DNA of 64,000 nucleotides from an uncultured Hyphomicrobiales bacterium (GTDB taxonomy: Bacteria; Pseudomonadota; Alphaproteobacteria; Rhizobiales; Xanthobacteraceae), in the NCBI GenBank assembly GCA_903885555.1, contig CAISIV010000078.1, positions 25,686 to 89,685 of the forward strand. The letters are read 5' to 3'. The number at the start of each line of letters is the position of its first letter. The first letter of the stretch is position 1. This document shows, piece by piece, positions 29,135-38,126 of the stretch. Below the pieces are notes generated by a model, which ran no database searches, was not told the origin of the DNA, and saw only the letters and a program-made list of their open reading frames with translations. Made by a program: the position numbers and the translations under genes.

Positions 29135-30112
29135 ATGACCATGCTGAAAACGATGTCACGGGCATTGCTGGCCGCTGGATTTGTCATCGCGGCATGGCCT
29201 GCGCTGGCGCAGAATTATCCAAGCGGTCCGGTGAAGATGGTCGTCGGCTACGCCGCCGGCGGCACCGGCGACGTCGTGGCACGCATCGTAGCGCCGAAAT
29301 TGCAGGAAGCACTCGGCCAATCGGTGGTGGTCGAAAACCGGCCAGGGGCGACGGGGGCCATTGCCGCGCACGGCGTTGCAACGTCAGCGCCGGATGGTCT
29401 GACGCTGCTGGTCGGTCAGACCGGGGAAGTGGCCATCAATCAGCACATGATGAAGAACCTTAGCTACAATCCGGACAAGGACCTCAAGCCGGTGGCGCTG
29501 CTGGCCATCGTGCCGCTTGCCATGACGGTGCCGGCCAAGGCGCCGTATTCGACCATGCCGGAGTTTCTTAAAGCCCTGCCGGGCCAGAAGATGACCTTTG
29601 CGTCGGCCGGCACCGGAACGCCCGGCCATTTCGCCGGCGAGTTTCTCAAAGCCAAGACCAAGGCCAACCTCGTCCATGTGCCGTACAAGGGCGCTGCGCC
29701 CGCGCTGAACGATCTGCTCGGCAGCCACGTCGATCTGTATTTCCCCGGCATGCCGGCGGTTCAGCCGCATGTGAAATCGGGCCTCTTGAAAGTGCTGGCG
29801 GTATCCTCGGCCAAGCGTTCCGGCATTGCGCCGGACGTGCCGACCATCGCTGAGACCACCGGCATGACGGATTTCGACTTCACGCTGTGGGCCGGCGTGT
29901 TCGCGCCACGCGAGACGCCGCAGGCCATCGTCACGAAGCTCAACACCGAGATCAACAAGGTGCTGAACGATCCGGACACCCGCAAGCGGCTGGTCGAGGC
30001 CGGCGCTGAAGTCGACGCCATGTCGGTTGAGCAGTTCCGGTCTTTCGTCGACCGCGAAAGCAGCAAATATGCGCGCATCATCAAGGAAACCGGCGTCACG
30101 ATGGAGCAGTGA
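29135..30112 (+). CDS. Bug/TctC substrate-binding protein (3)
   Basis: YPSGPVKMVVGYAAGGTGD, ENRPGATG, HVPYKGAAPA. Confidence 0.93.
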   Translation: MTMLKTMSRALLAAGFVIAAWPALAQNYPSGPVKMVVGYAAGGTGDVVARIVAPKLQEALGQSVVVENRPGATGAIAAHGVATSAPDGLTLLVGQTGEVAINQHMMKNLSYNPDKDLKPVALLAIVPLAMTVPAKAPYSTMPEFLKALPGQKMTFASAGTGTPGHFAGEFLKAKTKANLVHVPYKGAAPALNDLLGSHVDLYFPGMPAVQPHVKSGLLKVLAVSSAKRSGIAPDVPTIAETTGMTDFDFTLWAGVFAPRETPQAIVTKLNTEINKVLNDPDTRKRLVEAGAEVDAMSVEQFRSFVDRESSKYARIIKETGVTMEQ

Positions 30113-30118
30113 CGAGCG

Positions 30119-30147
30119 TTGAAACTTCCGCGGCCGTGAACTAGACA
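30119..30147 (+). promoter_or_regulatory. Sigma70-type promoter giving a leaderless MBL transcript
   Basis: TTGAAA-N17-TAGACA, with the ATG 6 nt downstream. Confidence 0.45.
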
Positions 30148-30153
30148 CGATCC

Positions 30154-31068
30154 ATGGCCGACGACATTCCTTTCGACAAAACACTCGATCTCGCACCCGA
30201 TACGGTGGACGAGGTAATGCCGGGCGTGCGCCGCGTGATGGCGAACAATCCGGGACCTTTCACCTTCAAGGGTACGCATAGCTACATTATCGGCCGCGGC
30301 AAGGTCGCCATCGTCGATCCGGGCCCGGCCGATGACGCGCATATCGCCGCCCTGCTCGATGCTGTGCGCAACGAGACTGTGACGCATATTTTCGTCACCC
30401 ATACCCACCGCGATCATTCGCCAGCCGTTCCCGCAATCAAGGCCGCCACCGGCGCCACCGTCTATGCCGAAGGCCCGCACCGCGCCGCGCGGCCTTTGCA
30501 CATCGGCGAGCAGAAGCGTCTCGACTCGAGCGGCGATCTCGATTTCCGTCCCGACGTTGTCCTCAAGGATGGCGAAGTGGTGACCGGCGATGGCTGGAGC
30601 GTCGAAGGCGTGACCACGCCGGGCCACTGCGCCAATCACATGGCCTACGCGCTGAAAGGCGCCGACACGCTGTTTGCCGGCGATCACGTGATGGCATGGG
30701 CCACCTCCATCGTCGCGCCGCCGGATGGGGCGATGGTCGACTACATGGCGTCGTTGAACAAGGTCGCCAAACGTCCGGAGCAGTTTTACTTGCCCGGCCA
30801 CGGCCCGGCGATCAAAGAGGCGACGCGCTTCGTGAACTACCTGATCCTGCATCGCAGGGCGCGCGAGGACTCGATCCTGCACCGCCTTGCCAAGGGCGCG
30901 ACCGATATTCCGACCATCGTGCGTTCAAGTTATATCGGTATCGATCCGCGGCTGATCGGCGCTGCGGGTCTCTCCGTGCTGGCGCATCTGGAAGATCTGG
31001 TGACGCGCGGCCTTGTGCAGACCGACGGACCGCCGTCGATCGCGGGCGTTTATCGCCTCGCCAGCTAG
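30154..31068 (+). CDS. MBL-fold metallo-hydrolase
   Basis: THTHRDHS, TPGHCANH, FAGDHVM, LPGHG. Confidence 0.93.
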   Translation: MADDIPFDKTLDLAPDTVDEVMPGVRRVMANNPGPFTFKGTHSYIIGRGKVAIVDPGPADDAHIAALLDAVRNETVTHIFVTHTHRDHSPAVPAIKAATGATVYAEGPHRAARPLHIGEQKRLDSSGDLDFRPDVVLKDGEVVTGDGWSVEGVTTPGHCANHMAYALKGADTLFAGDHVMAWATSIVAPPDGAMVDYMASLNKVAKRPEQFYLPGHGPAIKEATRFVNYLILHRRAREDSILHRLAKGATDIPTIVRSSYIGIDPRLIGAAGLSVLAHLEDLVTRGLVQTDGPPSIAGVYRLAS

Positions 31069-31925
31069 CGCTTCTTGTCGCCCTTTTTGTCGGTCGGCCG
31101 TTTCTTCTCGGCCTTCTTCTCGTCGCGCTCGGACTGTTGTTCGGCGCGCTTTTCCGCGACGCTGGCGGCTTCGTCGATTTCCTCGAGCAGCGCGCGGATG
31201 CGCGAGGCGTTGCCGCCGAAATCGTGGAAGCCGTAGCGTGAGGCCGAGCGGACGTCGATGCGGGAGCCATCGCCGCCCTGTGCACTAACGCGGATCGCTA
31301 CGTCATCGCGGAAGCCCATGATCGGCGTGCGTGCGACCGCTTCAATGGCGCCGGCGCGGCCGGGTGCTGGTGCCCTTGTATCGACCAGCAGCCATTTGCG
31401 CTTGGTGGCGACCGCGAGCGCAGTGTCATAGGCGAGCTTGGCCGGCACCGTGAGTTGCAGCGGCGCGACGTCGGGATAGGCCTTGCGCTGCAGTTCGGCG
31501 GTCGCCTGACCGGGGTAGTCGCTGCGGCCGCGCGGACGCAGCCGCGCCAGGACGTCGAAACGCGGCGGGTTCGAAGTGTCGGTGGTGATGTCGAAGATCG
31601 CGGGCAGCTTGGTGGCGCGGTAGGCGAGGTAGCTCGGATAGGCCAACAGCGCCAGACCAAGGAATAGCCCGAGGAAGGCGTAGCCAAGCCCGCCGAGTCC
31701 CTGCCGCCAAATCACGACGAAAGAGCCAAAGGCGAACAGGATAGCCAAGGCGGCGAACACCAACGAAGCGCCGAAGGTGGCCAGCGCCGGCACGATTTCC
31801 AGCAGCCCCGACCGCAGGATCACGATGGACAGAATAGCGACCGCCAGCGCGAACAGCGCAAAACGGCCGGACCAGGTCGCCAGCCGGGAGTTCGGTTCAT
31901 CGCCAAATGCAGGTCGCCGCGCCAT
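31065..31925 (-). CDS. DUF1499 domain membrane-anchored protein
   Basis: Three N-terminal TMs, IFDITTD..NPP, ARTPIMGFRDDV, IDVRSASRYG..DFG.NA.RI. Confidence 0.9.
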   Translation of the reverse strand: MARRPAFGDEPNSRLATWSGRFALFALAVAILSIVILRSGLLEIVPALATFGASLVFAALAILFAFGSFVVIWRQGLGGLGYAFLGLFLGLALLAYPSYLAYRATKLPAIFDITTDTSNPPRFDVLARLRPRGRSDYPGQATAELQRKAYPDVAPLQLTVPAKLAYDTALAVATKRKWLLVDTRAPAPGRAGAIEAVARTPIMGFRDDVAIRVSAQGGDGSRIDVRSASRYGFHDFGGNASRIRALLEEIDEAASVAEKRAEQQSERDEKKAEKKRPTDKKGDKKR

Positions 31926-31931
31926 TCGTCC

Positions 31932-33035
31932 CTATCCTGCGCAGATTCGTTTCAACGCCGCCCACTCTTTAGCATCGAGAAAGGGCGTCGTGCTCTTGGC
32001 GTCGGCGAATTTATTGATGGCCGCGACCCGGGCCTTGGTTTCGGGGTGATCGAGCAGGATCTTCATGCCGGGCTCGGTGGCGCCGCCGATCCGGGTCAGC
32101 ATCGTGGCCAGCGCGCGGACGTTGCCGCCCGCCTTGTTCATCAGCGCCGCGGCATAGGCATCGGCGGCCGATTCAGCCTCGCGGGTATAGGACGATTGCA
32201 GCACGGTCTTGGCTGCGATCACGACCGCGCCGCCGCCGACGAAATCGCCGAGCAGCATGCCAAACAGGAATGACAGGCCGCCGGCCTGCAATACCGCCTT
32301 GGTGCCGTCGCGGTGGGCGACATGGCCGATCTCATGGGCGATCACGCCGGCGACCTCGTCGGCATTCTCGGCTTTGTCGATCAGGCCGCGGAAGATGTAG
32401 ACCTGACCGCCCGGCAGCGCCAAGGCATTGGCTTCCACTTTTCGCACGACAATACTGCGCAACGGTCCCGGCAATCCGGCGGCGGCTTCCAGCCGGTGAA
32501 TCATCTTGTCGAGCGCAGCGCGGCCGGCCTTTTCGCTGTCTGCCGTTCCGCACTCGAAGGCGGTGCCGGTCTTGCCGGTATCCAGCATCGCGCGCGTCTG
32601 AACGTCGACGGCATCGCCAAGTTTGCGTTCGATCGTAACCGGCAATAACGGCGCGATGCGCTCAGCCAGCGCCGGGATGCCGAACCATGCGACCAGCAGC
32701 ATCGATACGGTCGCCGCCACCGTCCAGCCGATCACGCTGCCACGCTGGCGGCGCTGGATCATACCGGTCCGGTCGATGTGGATCGCCTGCTCGTCCACCG
32801 CATGGGCGAAGTCGGCGTCGAAAATTTCCAGCCGCTCCAGCGCAAGATTGCCGCGACGACCGATCCGTAACACCTTGTCAGGCGCCGTCAGCGGTTCGAG
32901 TTCGTTATAGGGCCAGTTAGCGAGAACGTTGCCGGTTCGATCAGAAATCACCAATGACGCGGCGCCGAGCGTCACCGCCACGTCATGGCGCGCGCTGGTG
33001 ATGCCATCGAAGAAAATGCCGGCGCCCGATTGCAT
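31932..33035 (-). CDS. M48-family Zn metallopeptidase
   Basis: NALALPGG, HExxH motif AHEIGHV, YTREAESAAD, LLDHP. Start set near ATG 33035. Confidence 0.9.
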   Translation of the reverse strand: MQSGAGIFFDGITSARHDVAVTLGAASLVISDRTGNVLANWPYNELEPLTAPDKVLRIGRRGNLALERLEIFDADFAHAVDEQAIHIDRTGMIQRRQRGSVIGWTVAATVSMLLVAWFGIPALAERIAPLLPVTIERKLGDAVDVQTRAMLDTGKTGTAFECGTADSEKAGRAALDKMIHRLEAAAGLPGPLRSIVVRKVEANALALPGGQVYIFRGLIDKAENADEVAGVIAHEIGHVAHRDGTKAVLQAGGLSFLFGMLLGDFVGGGAVVIAAKTVLQSSYTREAESAADAYAAALMNKAGGNVRALATMLTRIGGATEPGMKILLDHPETKARVAAINKFADAKSTTPFLDAKEWAALKRICAG

Positions 33036-33039
33036 CACG

Positions 33040-34299
33040 TTAGTATCCGCCTGTGTTGAGCGCATCGGCCAGGCCTTCGCCGATGGGCGAACTTGCCCGT
33101 CCGGCAGCCTTAACCTGATCCAGCGCCGACAGGCCCGATAATTGAAGCGATTCCATGCCCAGCTGCCAGAGCGACAGCAGCACGGTGGCGCGATAGACGG
33201 TCGAGAAGCCGAGCGCGAGGATAACGTAGCCGCCGAGCAGAATGACGGTCGCCGCGACCTCGCCGAAGATGCTGGTTTGTTCGCCGCCGGCGAGCAAGCC
33301 CGCTGCCACCAAAGCGAGTCCGCCGACAATCGCCGCGACGATACTGAACAGAATCGCGTACCCGACGAACCGTACATAGGCGCCGTAGACCTGCGCGGTA
33401 CGCAGCTTCGACGTCATGACGATGTCGCCGAACCGGAGGCCCGACGACCACCAGCGCAGCATCAGCGCCTGATAGACCGGATACAGCACCGCGGCGAAAG
33501 TCACGGAGGCGCCGCCCATCAGCATTGCAAAGACCATGACATCTGCGATTTGCGGGTTGGTGCTCTCAATCCTGCCCATGACGTCGTCGCCACCGGCCGC
33601 AGCCGCATCGGCGAGCGCCTGCCAGTCCACCACTTCGATGAATGCTCCGATGGTGACGGCAATCGGCGCCACCACGGCAATCCACATCGGCAGCCCGCGC
33701 AGGAACAGCCGCAGGCCGGAGCCGTCGAACCGTCCCGCGAGATCGCCGTAATAAGTGTGACGCATCTTGTAGCGCTCAAGGCTCGCGACCTGGAAAGGAT
33801 ACGCCAGCCCGATCGTCAGCCCCGTCAAAATCCACCACAGGCTGGCACGCAGTGCATAAAGCAACGCCGAGCCGCTTTGGTAGAACCGCAAACCGCGATA
33901 AATCGTGCGTGTCAGCCGGTAGCGGCGTGCGCGAAACACGGCGTATTGCCCAAGGACGCCGAGCGCGAGAAACGCAATCATACCCGACATCTGTCCGATG
34001 GTGCCGAGATCCAGCGCGGCCAGAAAAAATCCGAGATAGATCGGAATGAGAATGGCGATCGCGATCAGAAAGCCGATCAGCAGTTCCAGCGGCGTGCCGG
34101 TATATTCCAGCGTCTCGCCGGCCACCTCGGTGTTCGCCCATAAATAGCGGCGCACATCTGTGTTGAGCCAGAAGCGATAGATGCCGAGCGTCACCATCAA
34201 CAACAGCGCGCCGCGCACCAGCAGCCGCCAATAGGCTCGGCGATGTCCCAAAAACCGCACGCTGCCGCCCGGCGCGGGTTCTGCCTCGAGGCTGCTCAT
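33040..34299 (-). CDS. DUF898 (YjgN-like) membrane protein
   Basis: LLLMVTLGIYRFW, YLWANT, EYTGTPLELLIGF, YRLTRTIYRGLRF. Confidence 0.88.
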   Translation of the reverse strand: MSSLEAEPAPGGSVRFLGHRRAYWRLLVRGALLLMVTLGIYRFWLNTDVRRYLWANTEVAGETLEYTGTPLELLIGFLIAIAILIPIYLGFFLAALDLGTIGQMSGMIAFLALGVLGQYAVFRARRYRLTRTIYRGLRFYQSGSALLYALRASLWWILTGLTIGLAYPFQVASLERYKMRHTYYGDLAGRFDGSGLRLFLRGLPMWIAVVAPIAVTIGAFIEVVDWQALADAAAAGGDDVMGRIESTNPQIADVMVFAMLMGGASVTFAAVLYPVYQALMLRWWSSGLRFGDIVMTSKLRTAQVYGAYVRFVGYAILFSIVAAIVGGLALVAAGLLAGGEQTSIFGEVAATVILLGGYVILALGFSTVYRATVLLSLWQLGMESLQLSGLSALDQVKAAGRASSPIGEGLADALNTGGY

Positions 34300-34368
34300 G
34301 GTGTGAGGGATAAAGGGTAGGCGCGGGCGAGGCAATATTGGTCTTTGCGCGGCTTAGTCGCCGCTGCC

Positions 34369-36699
34369 CTAAGCGACCTTCTGCTTCGAAGGCGCTTGCG
34401 TGGCCAGCCGCTCCAGGATGGCCTCGCTCATCATCGGCTTGCCGAACAGATAACCTTGGCCTTCGTGACAGCCTTGCGACAGCACCAGCTTCATCTGCTC
34501 TTCGGTCTCGATGCCTTCGGCGACCACGATCTTGTCGAGATTGGCGCCGAGCGTGGCAATGGCGCCGATGATGGCGCGCGCATCGCGGCCGTCGCCGAGA
34601 TCGGAAATGAACGACTGGTCGATCTTGATCTTGTGGAACGGGAACTTGCGCAGATAGTTGAGCGACGAGTAGCCGGTGCCGAAATCGTCCAGCGACAAAT
34701 TGACGCCGAGATTGTTGAGCTGCTGCATGGTCGCCAGCGTGTAGTCATTGTCTTCGAGCAACAGCCGTTCGGTGACTTCCAGCTCAAGCCGCTGCGCCGG
34801 CAGGCCCGATTTCGCCAGCGCCGCCACCACCTGCAAGGCCAGGCCGCGTTCGCGGAATTGAATCGGCGACAGGTTGACCGCGACCTTGACCCCGTGCGGC
34901 CAGGTATTGGCTTCGACGCAGGCGCGGTTCAACGCCCACTCGCCGAGCGCGATGATCAGGCCGGTCTCCTCAGCGACCGGAATGAAAACCGACGGCGGTA
35001 CATCGCCGCGTATCGGATGCGTCCAGCGCATCAGCGCTTCGCAGGTCGTGGTCTTGCCGGTACGCAGATCGACCAGTGGCTGATACTTCAAGTGGAATTG
35101 GTCGAGCGCCAGCGCTTCTCGCAGATCGAGCTCGAGATTCCGGCGATCCTGGGCCGCGTCTTCCATTTCCATGGCGAAGAAACGGTGATCATTGCCGCCG
35201 CCGTTCTTGGCGGCGTAAAGCGCCATGTCGGCCTTCTTCAGCAATTCGTCCGGATCGGTGCCGTCGTGCGGCGCCATCGCAATGCCGATCGAGGCGCCAA
35301 TGTCGATGCGGTGGCCTTCGATTTCGAACGGTTCCTTGAGCGCGCGGGCAAGCCTGGTCGCCATGACTTTGGCGTCCTGCTGGCGTTCGGTCGCAATCTG
35401 CATGACGACGAACTCGTCGCCGCCGAAGCGGGTGATCATGTCGGCCGGGCCGATCACGGCGGTCAACCGGGCCGCGACTTCCTTGAGCAGCTTGTCGCCG
35501 ATCGGATGGCCGAGCGTGTCGTTGATCGCCTTGAACCGGTCGAGATCGATCAGATGGATGGTAATGCGATTCTCGGGCTTGTGGACTTCCTTGAGCATCG
35601 CGGTGATGCGCTCACGGAACTGGGTACGGTTAGCGAGCCCGGTCAATTCATCGAACTTGGCAAGATGCGTGATGCGTTCCTGCGCGCGCTTGCGTTCAGT
35701 GACGTCCTCGAGAATGACGACCGAACCGCCACCCGGCATCATGCGGCGCGATACTGCGAGCGTTCGGTCGCCGTCCGGCGAAGTCTGGAACTGGTCGAGC
35801 GATTCTTCGCGCAAGCCGGCGAGCAGATCGTTGAGGATGCGCTTGACGCTCTGGGACTTGTGGTTGCCGGCCCGGATGCTGTGCCGGATCAACTGCGAGA
35901 TCCTCATGCCGACGCGTACCGGCGCCTTTTCCAGATGCAGCAATTCCAGGAAACGTTCGTTCCAGACCTGCACGCGATCCTGCGGATCCAGCATGCAAAG
36001 GCCGTGCGACATGTTGTTGAGCGCGACGTCGAAGCGGTTGGCCTGCTCCTCGAAGCGCGCGGCGAGTGCGGCTTCCTTGCGGGTCATGGTCAGCGCCTGA
36101 ACAATGATGTTCCGGGTGCTGAGCGTGATGTCGGTGATGCCGTACATGAACAACAGCACGACGACGCCGAGGGCCTGATGAACCCAGTCTGGATAGATCA
36201 ACAGTGCGGCGACCATCGGCATCGTGCTGAAGGTCAACTGACCGAACGCGATCAACGGCCGGCCGGCGTTGCGGCCTGAAATGGCCGCCGCATAGCCCGC
36301 CGTTGAGGTCGTAACGGCCATCTGTAGCGACGCATCGATCGCGGGGTTGAGTGTCAGCCAGCACAACAAGCCGAGCAGCGCGGCGAAGGCCCAGGCGCCA
36401 TATTCGTAAACGTGCTCCCAGATTTTGGTGGCGGTGAGCTTCTCGCTCTCTTTGCTTTTATTATATAGCACGGCCGACAAAACGCGCAGCATGCCCACCG
36501 CTAGAATAGCGGCCGACACCGCCATGATCAGAGCATTGCCGACGCGCAGGGCGACCGCGGCGCCGATGATAGAGCAGGCGACCGCGCCGACGACCAGTGA
36601 CGCGACCGGCGCGAACAACGATTTGATCAGCGCAGCGCGAATCTCCGTCGGGAGTCCGGCGTCGGCCTTCCTGGTCTGAAATAGCTTCTTGATCAGCAT
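34369..36699 (-). CDS. Membrane-anchored PAS-GGDEF-EAL c-di-GMP protein
   Basis: About 6 TMs, PAS (ALNNMSHGLCMLD), DLDRFKAINDTLGH..RFGGDEF, EALMRW, SLDDFGTGYSSL, KIDQSF, AEGIET. No RxxD I-site. Confidence 0.95.
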   Translation of the reverse strand: MLIKKLFQTRKADAGLPTEIRAALIKSLFAPVASLVVGAVACSIIGAAVALRVGNALIMAVSAAILAVGMLRVLSAVLYNKSKESEKLTATKIWEHVYEYGAWAFAALLGLLCWLTLNPAIDASLQMAVTTSTAGYAAAISGRNAGRPLIAFGQLTFSTMPMVAALLIYPDWVHQALGVVVLLFMYGITDITLSTRNIIVQALTMTRKEAALAARFEEQANRFDVALNNMSHGLCMLDPQDRVQVWNERFLELLHLEKAPVRVGMRISQLIRHSIRAGNHKSQSVKRILNDLLAGLREESLDQFQTSPDGDRTLAVSRRMMPGGGSVVILEDVTERKRAQERITHLAKFDELTGLANRTQFRERITAMLKEVHKPENRITIHLIDLDRFKAINDTLGHPIGDKLLKEVAARLTAVIGPADMITRFGGDEFVVMQIATERQQDAKVMATRLARALKEPFEIEGHRIDIGASIGIAMAPHDGTDPDELLKKADMALYAAKNGGGNDHRFFAMEMEDAAQDRRNLELDLREALALDQFHLKYQPLVDLRTGKTTTCEALMRWTHPIRGDVPPSVFIPVAEETGLIIALGEWALNRACVEANTWPHGVKVAVNLSPIQFRERGLALQVVAALAKSGLPAQRLELEVTERLLLEDNDYTLATMQQLNNLGVNLSLDDFGTGYSSLNYLRKFPFHKIKIDQSFISDLGDGRDARAIIGAIATLGANLDKIVVAEGIETEEQMKLVLSQGCHEGQGYLFGKPMMSEAILERLATQAPSKQKVA

Positions 36700-36836
36700 C
36701 TGCTGCTCAGCCCCTTCGATAGCTCAAAGGTACCGGGGGAAGTTCAACAGGGATGAAACGGAACAGGCGATCGCGAGCTTTGGTGAATCCTTGGCCAATA
36801 GCTTGCTGACGAGCTCAGTAAAATTATTCTCTCCCG

Positions 36837-36851
36837 TTAACCATGCGATAA
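36837..36851 (-). promoter_or_regulatory. CtrA-like box upstream of the GGDEF-EAL gene
   Basis: TTAA-CCATGCG-ATAA (one mismatch, includes TTAACCAT). GANTC at 36785. Confidence 0.5.
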
Positions 36852-37046
36852 TCATAACTGGCAGGCCCCATCACCGCTCGTTATGCGCGGAACTTGCCGT
36901 CGCGCTCGAAAGGCCTGCAACAACTCACTGTCGTGGTTAATCCACGTTAAGCAGTCGTTTTATGCCGATGGCACAAGGAGAAAATCATTGTCGTCGTGCG
37001 TGGAACGCGCACCACGCATGCAGGCGCACCACAACGTTTCGTTGAA

Positions 37047-37071
37047 GGAACGCTAACGATCTGTTAGGGTT
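37047..37071 (+). promoter_or_regulatory. Candidate EcfG-type promoter upstream of the rpfF-like gene
   Basis: GGAAC-N16-GGTT, 14 nt before GTG 37086. Confidence 0.35.
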
Positions 37072-37085
37072 TCCAAATAGTTAAC

Positions 37086-38126
37086 GTGAGTGCAGAAATG
37101 TCGATGTATGCGTATGCTGACGTTTCTTCCCCGGTTAAGCGCGGGGTGCGTGCGGTTCCGCCGGCGCCGATGATCTTGCAGCGGCCGCAGATCGATCCGC
37201 GAATGATCGATCTCAAGGTACTCGACCCGAAAGCGGCCGAGCCGAAAGTCATCGATCTTAAGAAAAGCACCGACGCGCGCCGGCTCTTCGAGCTCGAGCA
37301 GCTCGAAGTGACGTTTGAAAAAGAAGCCGGCGCGATCTGGACTTTCATGAAGCCGCGTGGCCGCGCGAGCTACAATTCGGATCTGCTGGAAGACTTTCAT
37401 GCTTGGCAGCGCGGCATCGTCGCTGCTTTTGAAAACCGCGCGAGCGATCTGAAGTATCTGCTGCTCGGCTCGCGCACCCCGGGCATCTTCAATCTCGGTG
37501 GCGATCTCAATCTTTTTGCCGACCGTATCCGCGATCGCGCCGCGCTTGTCGCTTATGGCGAATCCTGCGTGCGTATTCTCGACCGCAACATGGCGACGCT
37601 CGGCATGCCGATGATCACCATCGGTCTTGCGCAGGGCGACGCACTTGGTGGCGGTTTTGAATCGCTGCTGTCGTTCAACATTATCATTGCCGAGAAGCAG
37701 GCAAAATTCGGCTTCCCGGAAACGATGTTCGGCCTGTTCCCCGGTATGGGCGCCTATAGCCTGGTATCGCGCCGTTGCGGTTCGGCCTTCGCCGAAGAGA
37801 TGATGCTGAGCGGCAAGACCTATACCGCCGACGAGATGAAGCAAGCCGGGCTGATCCATATGGTGGTCGAGCGCGGGCAGGGTATCGAGGCGGCGAAGGA
37901 CTATATGGAGCGCAACAAACGCCGCCATAACGGCAACCGGGCAGTGTTTCTGGCCGGCCGTGCCGTGAACCCCGTGCCGCTCGAAGAGATGGATCGCGTG
38001 GTGCAGATCTGGGCCGATACCTGCCTTGCCCTCAGCGACCGCGATCTCAAGGTGATGCAGCGTCTGGTCGCGGCGCAGGATCGGCTGAACGGCACGGCTC
38101 AGGCCGGCCAGCAAGCGGCGGAATAA
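37086..38126 (+). CDS. RpfF/DSF-synthase-like crotonase (enoyl-CoA hydratase family)
   Basis: WTFMKPRGRASYN, FNLGGDLNLF, GDALGGGFE, FPETMFGLFPGMGAYS closely follow RpfF, with both catalytic Glu positions present. Exact start uncertain (GTG 37086, ATG 37098 or 37104). Confidence 0.8.
   Translation: MSAEMSMYAYADVSSPVKRGVRAVPPAPMILQRPQIDPRMIDLKVLDPKAAEPKVIDLKKSTDARRLFELEQLEVTFEKEAGAIWTFMKPRGRASYNSDLLEDFHAWQRGIVAAFENRASDLKYLLLGSRTPGIFNLGGDLNLFADRIRDRAALVAYGESCVRILDRNMATLGMPMITIGLAQGDALGGGFESLLSFNIIIAEKQAKFGFPETMFGLFPGMGAYSLVSRRCGSAFAEEMMLSGKTYTADEMKQAGLIHMVVERGQGIEAAKDYMERNKRRHNGNRAVFLAGRAVNPVPLEEMDRVVQIWADTCLALSDRDLKVMQRLVAAQDRLNGTAQAGQQAAE

Noticed and set aside
24157-30153. tRNA-Pro as the integration site of a genomic island
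   Set aside because: No integrase, and I found no repeat of the tRNA 3' end downstream in the window. Composition looks host-like.
34345-36279. 644-aa plus-strand ORF
   Set aside because: Antisense shadow of the GGDEF-EAL gene. The same applies to 16791-18218, 22385-24166, 38283-39878 and 4195-5379.
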